This document shows positions 19,357 through 27,082 of a stretch of 64,000 nt of DNA, piece after piece. Every line of letters starts with the position of its first letter. Positions within the stretch are counted from its first letter, which is position 1. Made by a program: the position numbers and the translations under genes. Source of the DNA: Nitrospirota bacterium (GTDB lineage Bacteria > Nitrospirota > Thermodesulfovibrionia > Thermodesulfovibrionales > Dissulfurispiraceae); NCBI GenBank assembly GCA_040758355.1, contig JBFLWF010000003.1, positions 32,001 to 96,000 of the forward strand, given 5' to 3'. The notes under the pieces are model-generated. The model saw only the letters and a list, made by a program, of their open reading frames with translations. It was not told the DNA's origin and did no database searches.

Positions 19357-20160
19357 ATGACAAGGATTATTGTGACAGGCGCAACAGGAAGAATGGGGAG
19401 CAGGATTACTGCCCTTTCAAAGGATTACCATGATTTAAAACTTGCGGGAGCAACCGAGAGAAAGGGACATGACGCAATAGGCAGAGACATTGGCCCGATT
19501 GTAGGAATCGGTGAAACAAACGTAAAATTGACAGACAAGCTCGAAGATGTTATCGACACCTGTGATGTCATTATTGACTTCACATCCATAAATTCAACGC
19601 TGCAGCATGCAAAGTTAGCCGCTGAAAGAAAAAAGGCAATGGTAATCGGCACAACAGGATTCTCAAAAGAAGAGTTGGAACCGATAAAAGAATTTTCAAA
19701 AAATACCCCCATAGTTCTTGCCCCAAATATGAGCGTCGGCGTTAATCTCCTTCTTAAAGTTTTGCAGGATATCGCAAGGGTGCTCGGCGATGACTATGAC
19801 ATTGAAATTGTAGAGGCCCACCACAGATTGAAAAAGGATGCTCCGAGCGGCACAGCCATGAAAATGGCTCAGGTAATTGCAGATGCAGTCAACAGAGACC
19901 TCGACAATGTGGCTGTCTATGCAAGAAAGGGATTAATCGGCGAGAGAACGAAAAAGGAAATAGGCATTCAGACATTGAGGGGCGGGGATGTAGTGGGAGA
20001 ACATACCGTATTTTTCTATGGGCTCGGAGAGAGGATAGAGATTACTCACAAGGCATCAAGCAGGGACACCTTTGCAAGGGGCGCATTAAAGGCAGCTTTG
20101 TGGATTTCTAACAGGACTCATGGACTCTACGACATGCAGGATGTGCTGGGACTGAAATAG
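19357..20160 (+). CDS. dapB: 4-hydroxy-tetrahydrodipicolinate reductase
   Basis: GATGRMG, VIGTTG, APNMSVGVN, EAHHRLKKDAPSGTA. Confidence 0.97.
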   Translation: MTRIIVTGATGRMGSRITALSKDYHDLKLAGATERKGHDAIGRDIGPIVGIGETNVKLTDKLEDVIDTCDVIIDFTSINSTLQHAKLAAERKKAMVIGTTGFSKEELEPIKEFSKNTPIVLAPNMSVGVNLLLKVLQDIARVLGDDYDIEIVEAHHRLKKDAPSGTAMKMAQVIADAVNRDLDNVAVYARKGLIGERTKKEIGIQTLRGGDVVGEHTVFFYGLGERIEITHKASSRDTFARGALKAALWISNRTHGLYDMQDVLGLK

Positions 20161-20165
20161 GGCGG

Positions 20166-20666
20166 TTACGCCCAGGGCGTTCCGCCGTCCACAATGCTGT
20201 GCTCTTCCCACATGAACCAGTTTCCTGTATCGGACATGAAGAAATAGGTATTGGCAAAGACTGCATAATGTTGTTCTTCTTCGTGCACAAGCCTTTCAAA
20301 GAGATTTCTCTCTTTCTCTGTAATAGCCTCCGATGCAGCCTTTTTATAAAACTCAACACCATGTTTTTCCATATCAGCAGCAATCTTGAATGCCTCCAGT
20401 TCATCCCTGGTAGCCTCAACCCTTTCCATCATCTCATGCTTCATCTCTTCAAAGATCGTCTTCATATTCTTCATTGGAGATGCCTCTCGAATCTTGAAGT
20501 CAAGTCCCTTCAATAATTCCGAGAGCATATCGAGATGCCTCTTTTCGTCTTCTGCTATGGATAAAAACATCTTTTTGCCGACTGCATGATTACATTTGTC
20601 CGATGCCTCTTTGTAGAATTTTATGGCATCTGTCTCCATCTTTATGGCTATTTCAACTGCATTCAT
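20166..20666 (-). CDS. Ferritin-like / rubrerythrin-family di-iron protein
   Basis: Likely start MNAVEIAIKME after AAGGAGG. Two E..FY..EExH repeats (EDEKRH, EEEQH). Confidence 0.88.
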   Translation of the reverse strand: MNAVEIAIKMETDAIKFYKEASDKCNHAVGKKMFLSIAEDEKRHLDMLSELLKGLDFKIREASPMKNMKTIFEEMKHEMMERVEATRDELEAFKIAADMEKHGVEFYKKAASEAITEKERNLFERLVHEEEQHYAVFANTYFFMSDTGNWFMWEEHSIVDGGTPWA

Positions 20667-20677
20667 GATTTCCTCCT

Positions 20678-20836
20678 TTAAACCTTCTCGAACATATCCT
20701 TTCCTGCACCGCAAACAGGGCATACCCAGTCATCCGGAAGTTTTTCGAATGGCGTCCCTGCTGCAACACCTGAATCAGGGTCTCCGTATTCAGGGTCGTA
20801 TACATAACCGCATACGCTGCATTTCCACTTTTCCAT
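20678..20836 (-). CDS. Rubredoxin (52 aa, missing from ORF track)
   Basis: Translated by hand: [52 protein letters not shown], with GGAGG RBS. Confidence 0.96.
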   Translation of the reverse strand: MEKWKCSVCGYVYDPEYGDPDSGVAAGTPFEKLPDDWVCPVCGAGKDMFEKV

Positions 20837-20877
20837 AAGCCCTCCGATAATATTTTATTTAAATGCTATAAAAGAAC

Positions 20878-22170
20878 TCATTGCCTGTCAATTTTTTCCA
20901 TCTTTACCTTTGCTATTCGCTGGCCGACCATTTCTACAACCCTTAATTTTTTGTCTTCCATTTCTATAATATCGCCGGTCTGCGGTATCCTCTGGAGATA
21001 TGTAATAATAAAGCCTCCCAGTGTCTCATATTCCGGCGATTCCGGTATTTCTATATTATAATCCTCCATGAGATCGCTCACACTTATGGAGGCATCTATT
21101 ATTACAGTGCCGTCGCTGAGTTGAATGACAGGGCTCTCTATATCGTATTCATCCCTGATCTCGCCGACAATTTCCTCAAGGAGGTCTTCCAGGGTTACAA
21201 GGCCCGAGACAGCGCCGTATTCATCTATAACTATTGCCATATGTATCCTTTTTTTCTGCATCTCGCGCAGGAGAATGCTTATCTTCATTGTCTCGGGGAT
21301 GAATATGGGCGGCTTTATGATCTTATGAATATCCACGCTGCCTGTTTTTGAGAGTATATTATAGAAATCCTTTGCATACAAAATGCCCCTGATGTCATTT
21401 ATGTCTTTCCCTATAACAGGATAACGGGAGAACTTCTCCTCGGCTATGATGGACTTAACCTCATCAACCGGCATATTAATGCCTATAACTACCATCTGGG
21501 GGACAGGCCTCATAACCTCCTTTGCAAAGGTATCCGTAAACTCAAAGACGCTGTGTATAAGCTCCTTTTCTTCGGGTTCAAAAACACCCCTCTCCCCGCC
21601 CTCTTCTATGAGCATCTTCACTTCTTCCTCGGTGATATAACCCCTCTCTGTAAATGCCTTTTTGCCGAATGGCTTCAATAATATATTTGTGCTTGACGTA
21701 AGAATGCTTACAAATACAGTTGCCAGCTTAGAAATTCGGTTTATTGCAGGGGCAGTAAAGAGCCCCACACCTTCGGGATTTGATAGTGCTATGGATTTGG
21801 GAATTAGTTCCCCGAATATGAGGGAAAAGTAAGTGATGCATGCAACCACAATCCCTATGGCTATTGCCTCGCTGGATGCAGATATGAAGGTTATCGGGAC
21901 GGTCTTTAATACGGGCTTTATAACCTCTACAGCAGCAGCACCGCCGATAGCAGATGCAAGGGCGCCTGCCAGCGTAACTCCTATCTGAATCGTAGCAAGA
22001 AACCTGTCAGGGGATTCCCTTAGCTTATCCAAAATTTCGGCATTTTTTTTCCCCTCCTCCACAAGCTGTTTTACACGCGTCCTTCTGATCGTGACAACGG
22101 CTATTTCAGAGGCGGCAAAAAAGCCGTTTATAAGGATAAATATTGATATTAGTAATATCTCAAGCCACAT
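20878..22170 (-). CDS. Hemolysin/CNNM family protein (DUF21-CBS-CorC)
   Basis: NGFFAASEIA, FLATIQIGVT, FGELIPK, FSRYPV, IDEYGAVSGLVTLEDLLEEIVGEI. Confidence 0.93.
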   Translation of the reverse strand: MWLEILLISIFILINGFFAASEIAVVTIRRTRVKQLVEEGKKNAEILDKLRESPDRFLATIQIGVTLAGALASAIGGAAAVEVIKPVLKTVPITFISASSEAIAIGIVVACITYFSLIFGELIPKSIALSNPEGVGLFTAPAINRISKLATVFVSILTSSTNILLKPFGKKAFTERGYITEEEVKMLIEEGGERGVFEPEEKELIHSVFEFTDTFAKEVMRPVPQMVVIGINMPVDEVKSIIAEEKFSRYPVIGKDINDIRGILYAKDFYNILSKTGSVDIHKIIKPPIFIPETMKISILLREMQKKRIHMAIVIDEYGAVSGLVTLEDLLEEIVGEIRDEYDIESPVIQLSDGTVIIDASISVSDLMEDYNIEIPESPEYETLGGFIITYLQRIPQTGDIIEMEDKKLRVVEMVGQRIAKVKMEKIDRQ

Positions 22171-22197
22171 AAATTAAGCGGGATATTTACAGGGTGC

Positions 22198-22229
22198 CGT
22201 CATAGCGGGGGATACTCCTCGCAATGACG
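22198..22229. repeat. Degenerate REP-like hairpin (GTCATTGCGAG...CTCGCAATGAC type)
   Basis: CGTCATAGCGGGGGATACTCCTCGCAATGACG. Confidence 0.55.
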
Positions 22230-22290
22230 ATCTAAAGGGTTAGGTAAGTTCGGATCCATATATGGATAATTATATCATCTTTTTCTGTCT

Positions 22291-22377
22291 TTAGTTATTA
22301 GTAATTGAGTAATTAAGTTATTAAGTTATTGAGTTAGTTTTATTCACTCATTCACTTATTTACTTATTTACTTATTT
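22291..22377. repeat. Octamer tandem arrays in roughly inverted arrangement
   Basis: (TTAAGTTA/TTGAGTAA)n followed by (TTTACTTA/TTCACTCA)n. Confidence 0.8.
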
Positions 22378-23615
22378 TACGGGTTAGCTGTAAGTATCAT
22401 CCTTACCATCTCAGGATAATGCGCAATAAGTCTCAACTCATCGTCGGTAAGGGGCTTTTGTGTATGCAGGTTTGCATACTGGGCAAGATCGAGTATCTTT
22501 CTTGCCTCGTTGTCATCGTGGAATTCTATGCCAAGCTTGCTGTAGACATGCCTGAAGCCCTTTATGCCGCCGTATTCGCCTGTTGTTATTACGCGTCCTG
22601 TTTCCACAAGCTCGTGCTCTCCCCTTCCTACATCCTCCGGGTCATAAAGCTCGTAGTTTCTCCTGTCCTTCAATGCACCGTCTGCATGTATTCCGGATTC
22701 GTGTGCAAAGGCATTGGCGCCAACACCTGGCTGATTGATCGGTATTGGAAGATTAAAGGCATACGATGCATACTTTGCTATTTTCCATGATTTTGTCAGA
22801 TCCACATGTTCGTCGAGAGGAACCTTGTCCTTAACGCCGTGTGAAAATTTAAGGGCAAGAATAGTGGAAACGAGGTCGCAGTTACCAGCCCTTTCTCCAT
22901 AGCCGTTTATTGTCGTGTTTATATAGGCATCAACGCCTGCCTCTATGGCCCCCTGAGCGCCTGCCACAGATACTGCCTCTGCCATGCCGAGGTCGTTGTG
23001 GCAATGCATCTCGACAGGGAATTTTGTTGCAAATGATAGTGCCTTTATCCTCTCATAAATCGTTATCGGATCGTCTGCTCCGAGGGTATCGCAATATCTG
23101 AATCTGTCAGCGCCGGCTTCCTTGCCTGCAAGTGCAAATTCTATAAGCCTGTCAAGCTCTGTCCTTGATGCATCCTCTGCATTAACGCCCACTGTTTCTG
23201 CACCGAGTTCTTTGGCAAGCTTTACGGATTCTTTAACTGTCTTCAAAATGTCCTTCCATGATTTTTTGCCCATGAACTTTGCACGCAGCATTATTTCCGA
23301 TGTGGACATGGAAATGTTGAGATGCCTCAATCCTGGACAGTTCTTAAAGGACAGCTTCACATCTTCAGGGACAGCCCTGCACCAGCCTTCGAGGTGTATC
23401 CTCTTCATTGCCCCTGCCTTGGCAAGCTCAATGTTGGCATTAATATAATTAAACTCGTGCTTAAGGGTCGGAAAACCCACCTCGCTCTGATAGATGCCCA
23501 TCTCATCGAGGTATATATTCAGCATTGTCTTTGAGAGCTTTGGCAGCAGAATCCTCGATGTCTGAACGCCGTCTCTATTGGTAACATCGATGAGATATAC
23601 CTTGTTGTTATTCAT
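22377..23615 (-). CDS. Homocitrate/isopropylmalate synthase-like DRE-TIM enzyme
   Basis: DVTNRDGVQ, NAEDASR, CDTLG, HCHNDLGMA, GERAGN, AFAHESGIHADG. No LeuA regulatory domain. Confidence 0.85.
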   Translation of the reverse strand: MNNNKVYLIDVTNRDGVQTSRILLPKLSKTMLNIYLDEMGIYQSEVGFPTLKHEFNYINANIELAKAGAMKRIHLEGWCRAVPEDVKLSFKNCPGLRHLNISMSTSEIMLRAKFMGKKSWKDILKTVKESVKLAKELGAETVGVNAEDASRTELDRLIEFALAGKEAGADRFRYCDTLGADDPITIYERIKALSFATKFPVEMHCHNDLGMAEAVSVAGAQGAIEAGVDAYINTTINGYGERAGNCDLVSTILALKFSHGVKDKVPLDEHVDLTKSWKIAKYASYAFNLPIPINQPGVGANAFAHESGIHADGALKDRRNYELYDPEDVGRGEHELVETGRVITTGEYGGIKGFRHVYSKLGIEFHDDNEARKILDLAQYANLHTQKPLTDDELRLIAHYPEMVRMILTANP

Positions 23616-23629
23616 ACTCCTCCTCTATT

Positions 23630-23709
23630 TTAGTTAGTAATTGAGTTATTAGTAATTAAGTTATTAAGTTATTGGGCTTTAAATTACTTATTTACTTATT
23701 TACTTATTT
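23630..23709. repeat. Octamer tandem arrays in roughly inverted arrangement
   Basis: Same units as 22291-22377 (AATTAAGTTATTAAGTTATT...TTACTTATTTACTTATTTACTTA), overlapping the ilvN stop. Confidence 0.8.
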
Positions 23710-24192
23710 CTTCTTAGTGATTTCCCTTGCAATGGCCACCTTCCCTGTCCTTACAAATTCCTTTATGCCCATGGGCTTCATTAATTCGATGAATGCCTCG
23801 ATTTTCTTCTCATCACCCGTTATTTCTATGGTGTATGCATTGGGACTTGAATCAACAACCCTTCCCCTGAATATCTCGGCGGTCCTCAGTACCTCTGCCT
23901 TGTTCTCCTGTTTCGGGGCAACCTTGATAAGGACCATTTCCCTTTCCACATGGTCAAGCTCGGTGAGGTCTATGACCTTTATTACATCGATCAATTTGTT
24001 GAGCTGTTTAGTGATCTGCTCTATGACCCAGTCGTCTCCTGTGGTGACAATGGTCATAATCGAGATGTTGGGGTCTATTGTCTCGCCCACGGAAAGGCTC
24101 TCGATATTATATCCCCTGCCGCTGAAAAGGCCTGAAACCCTCGAAAGGACCCCGAATTTATTTTCCACAAGCACAGAAATGGTGTGTCTCAT
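23704..24192 (-). CDS. ilvN: Acetolactate synthase small subunit
   Basis: [35 protein letters not shown]. Confidence 0.96.
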   Translation of the reverse strand: MRHTISVLVENKFGVLSRVSGLFSGRGYNIESLSVGETIDPNISIMTIVTTGDDWVIEQITKQLNKLIDVIKVIDLTELDHVEREMVLIKVAPKQENKAEVLRTAEIFRGRVVDSSPNAYTIEITGDEKKIEAFIELMKPMGIKEFVRTGKVAIAREITKKK

Positions 24193-24206
24193 TTCATGAC
24201 CTCCGC

Positions 24207-25958
24207 TTACTTTACTGCCTTAAGTTTCTTTTCAGCCTTTTTCTCTTTTTCTTCAAAGAGCATGGAATCCAGCGTTGCACCTGCCGGAACCATTGGATAT
24301 ACCTTCTCCTTCCAATCGCAGACAAAGTCCATGAACACAGGCTTCTTTATCTTGATTGCCTCCTTCAATACAGGTTCCACCTCGCTGGGTTTTGTCGCCC
24401 TTAAACCAACTGCTCCGTAAGCATGGGCAAGCTCAACAAAATCGGGAGTGGTCTCTGTTTCAAGGTGGACATGGGAATATCTCTCCTGGTAGAAAAGCTC
24501 CTGCCACTGTCTTACCATGCCCAGATACCTGTTATTTAAGATGGCAACTTTGACAGGCAGCTTGTAAATAACTGCTGTGGCAAGCTCCTGTATATTCATC
24601 TGTATGCTTCCGTCACCTGCTATGTCTATAACGAGTTTATCGGGATGCGCAAGCTGTGCGCCTATAGCTGCGGGGAAACCATATCCCATTGTCCCGAGTC
24701 CTCCCGAGGTCAAGAACCTTCTTGGTTTGTCGAACTTGTAAAACTGGGCTGCCCACATCTGGTTCTGTCCCACCTCCGTGGTTATGATGGCGTCTCCCTT
24801 TGTAATGTCATATATCTTTTCCACGACAAATTGAGGTTTAATCACATCAGGGTTATATGTGTAAGTTAATGGTCTCTCCTTTTTCCATTCTGCTATCTGC
24901 TTCAGCCACGCCTTTCTTACCTCTTTCCACTGCTCCTTTATATCTTCTTTCAGGATCTTGTTCATCACCGTGAGCACCTTCTTCACGTCTCCAACTATGG
25001 GAACGTCAACCCTCACATTCTTCCTTATGGAAGTAGGGTCTATATCTATGTGAACTATTTTTGCATGGGGAGCAAAGCCTTCTATCTTTCCGGTAACCCT
25101 GTCGTCAAACCTCATTCCAACGGCAATTAATAAATCGGATTCCTGAACGCTCTTATTTGCATAGTAAGTGCCGTGCATTCCGAGCATACCGAGGGATAAC
25201 TCATTGGTTCCCGGGAATGAGCCGAGTCCCATAAGGGTCATGGTGACAGGAATGCTCGCATGTTCTGCAAGCTCCTTCAGTTCTTTTGATGCACCGGAGA
25301 TTATGCAGCCGCCGCCTGCAATTATGACAGGCCTCTTTGCCCTTGCGATTTCATGGGCTGCCCTTTCTATCATCCACCTGTTGCCTTCATAGGTGGGATT
25401 ATAGCTCCTGATCTCTACATGATCAGGCCATACAAAGTCTGTCTTGCTGGATGTCACATCTTTAGGCAGATCAATCAATACCGGGCCTGGCCTTCCTGTT
25501 GCGGCTATATGGAATGCCTCTCTGATCTGCTCTGCCAGTTCATTAACATCCTTTGCAAGTATGTTATATTTTGTGCACGGCCTTGTTATGCCTACAATGT
25601 CCGCCTCCTGAAAGGCATCGTTTCCAATGAGCATGGTTGGAACCTGCCCTGTCAATACAACAAGCGGAATAGAATCCATGGATGCTGTTGCTATGCCTGT
25701 AACAGTGTTTGTAGCGCCCGGGCCTGATGTCACAAGGACAACGCCTGGTTTTCCTGTTGACCTTGCATAGCCGTCTGCTGCATGGACAGCTCCCTGCTCA
25801 TGCCTTGTAAGAATCAGTTGTAAATCCTTGTCGTCATAAAGGAGATCAAAGATATTCAGGATAACCCCGCCAGGGTATCCGAAGATATGTTTGACCCCTT
25901 CCCTCTTCAGGGATTCGATTATTATCTCAGCACCTGTCATTTTCCCAGACACTTTCAT
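24207..25958 (-). CDS. ilvB: Acetolactate synthase large subunit
   Basis: [45 protein letters not shown]. Start chosen after GAGGAG. Confidence 0.96.
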   Translation of the reverse strand: MKVSGKMTGAEIIIESLKREGVKHIFGYPGGVILNIFDLLYDDKDLQLILTRHEQGAVHAADGYARSTGKPGVVLVTSGPGATNTVTGIATASMDSIPLVVLTGQVPTMLIGNDAFQEADIVGITRPCTKYNILAKDVNELAEQIREAFHIAATGRPGPVLIDLPKDVTSSKTDFVWPDHVEIRSYNPTYEGNRWMIERAAHEIARAKRPVIIAGGGCIISGASKELKELAEHASIPVTMTLMGLGSFPGTNELSLGMLGMHGTYYANKSVQESDLLIAVGMRFDDRVTGKIEGFAPHAKIVHIDIDPTSIRKNVRVDVPIVGDVKKVLTVMNKILKEDIKEQWKEVRKAWLKQIAEWKKERPLTYTYNPDVIKPQFVVEKIYDITKGDAIITTEVGQNQMWAAQFYKFDKPRRFLTSGGLGTMGYGFPAAIGAQLAHPDKLVIDIAGDGSIQMNIQELATAVIYKLPVKVAILNNRYLGMVRQWQELFYQERYSHVHLETETTPDFVELAHAYGAVGLRATKPSEVEPVLKEAIKIKKPVFMDFVCDWKEKVYPMVPAGATLDSMLFEEKEKKAEKKLKAVK

Positions 25959-26111
25959 AATTTTGCTCCTCATAAAAAAATAAATTCCAAATCCTAATTT
26001 CGAAATTCGAATTTCGGATTTAGTGCTTACATTAGGTTATGAATTATTAGAATATCATAATTTTCATGAACTTTTCCAGAATATTAATGGAGCGATCTTT
26101 TTATTTTTTCT

Positions 26112-26453
26112 TCACTCTTTTTTTCTTTCACAGCATTTGACAACATTGGTATCGCTGATCTCTACAAGTCCTTTTTCCACTATACTAAGGACATCGGGCA
26201 GAACCTTATCGATCATATCTTCTGAATCCACAACCTCGATCTTTAATGGCAAACTCGTGGACAGTTCAAGTATCTTTGATTTATGGAATACGCCATCGCT
26301 GCCGTAGCCGGCTACTCCCCTGAATACACTGACGCCGGCTATTTTCTTTTTGTAAAAAATGTCCATCAGCACTTCATAAACAGGCTTCCCACCGAATTTG
26401 TCCGTCTCATCCACATAAATCGAAAGTTTCTTTGCAGTCCCCTGTTTTACCAT
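26112..26453 (-). CDS. DUF190 (PII-like) protein
   Basis: AGVSVFRGVAGYG..LSTSLPLKIEVVD. Usual neighbour of crcB. Confidence 0.88.
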   Translation of the reverse strand: MVKQGTAKKLSIYVDETDKFGGKPVYEVLMDIFYKKKIAGVSVFRGVAGYGSDGVFHKSKILELSTSLPLKIEVVDSEDMIDKVLPDVLSIVEKGLVEISDTNVVKCCERKKE

Positions 26454-26489
26454 AATTTATCTCCTATATCTTACAAAACCTGTCGCGAG

Positions 26490-26556
26490 TGTCATTCCTG
26501 CGAAAGCAGGAATCTATACATTTTTCTTCTGGATTCCCGCTTCCGCGGGAATGACA
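26490..26556. repeat. REP/dRS3-like inverted doublet
   Basis: TGTCATTCCTGCGAAAGCAGGAATCTA...TGGATTCCCGCTTCCGCGGGAATGACA. Confidence 0.9.
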
Positions 26557-26564
26557 GAAAAAAA

Positions 26565-26948
26565 TTAAATACTCTTTGCAATCAATTCTCCAATTTTTAA
26601 TGCAATAAATCCCGCAACAACACTGAAAATTACATTCATTGATGCAAGCAGCCATTCCCCGTCTTTCAGAAGGCTTCCAGTCTCATACTCAAAAGTAGAA
26701 AATGTTGTATACGCCCCAAGAAATCCAACTATCAAAAATAACCTCCACTGAGGGTTGACCATCAATTTTTCGGTAAACAAAGACATAAGAAGTCCGATGA
26801 AAAAACTCCCGCTTACATTAATAAAAAACGTGCCTAATGGAAAGCTCCTTCCCCATTTCTGGCCAATCCAGAGGCCAATGGCGTATCTGGCGATTGCACC
26901 GATAAAACCTCCAATGCCTATTATCAGATAGTTTATCATTGATTGCAT
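26565..26948 (-). CDS. crcB: Fluoride efflux channel CrcB/FluC
   Basis: GGFIGAIARY, FPLGTFFINVSGSF, GFLGAYTTFSTF. Confidence 0.96.
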   Translation of the reverse strand: MQSMINYLIIGIGGFIGAIARYAIGLWIGQKWGRSFPLGTFFINVSGSFFIGLLMSLFTEKLMVNPQWRLFLIVGFLGAYTTFSTFEYETGSLLKDGEWLLASMNVIFSVVAGFIALKIGELIAKSI

Positions 26949-26949
26949 T

Positions 26950-26994
26950 AAAAAACTCCTACCCTCTTAAATTTTTTAACCGAGAGTAGGAGTT
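26950..26994 (-). terminator. Riboswitch expression platform (terminator / anti-SD stem)
   Basis: AACTCCTACTCTC...GAGGGTAGGAGTT-TTTT. The 3' arm contains the crcB SD AGGAG. Confidence 0.8.
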
Positions 26995-27037
26995 ATCAGC
27001 TTCGGAACCGAAAGCGGTTATGGCGAACCCCATCGCC
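26986..27037 (-). ncRNA. Fluoride riboswitch (crcB motif)
   Basis: Minus strand GGCGATGGGGTTCGCCATAACCGC...GCTGATAACTCCTAC matches the fluoride aptamer consensus, directly upstream of crcB. Confidence 0.93.
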
Positions 27038-27082
27038 TTTTAAATTATTTAAAAAATAACATAATCATAAACAGTAAGGCAA

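Noticed and set aside
20667..20723. Cys-containing N-terminal extension of the ferritin-like ORF
   Set aside because: It overlaps the rubredoxin gene in another frame. The SD supports ATG 20666.
23672..24199. Long antisense ORFs (this one and e.g. 32827-33447, 39308-39877, 62039-62620)
   Set aside because: They are shadow frames of well-supported genes on the opposite strand, with no motifs.
26464..26655. 63-aa ORF (CHSRGSGNP..DSCFRRND)
   Set aside because: It is a translation of the REP doublet and overlaps crcB.
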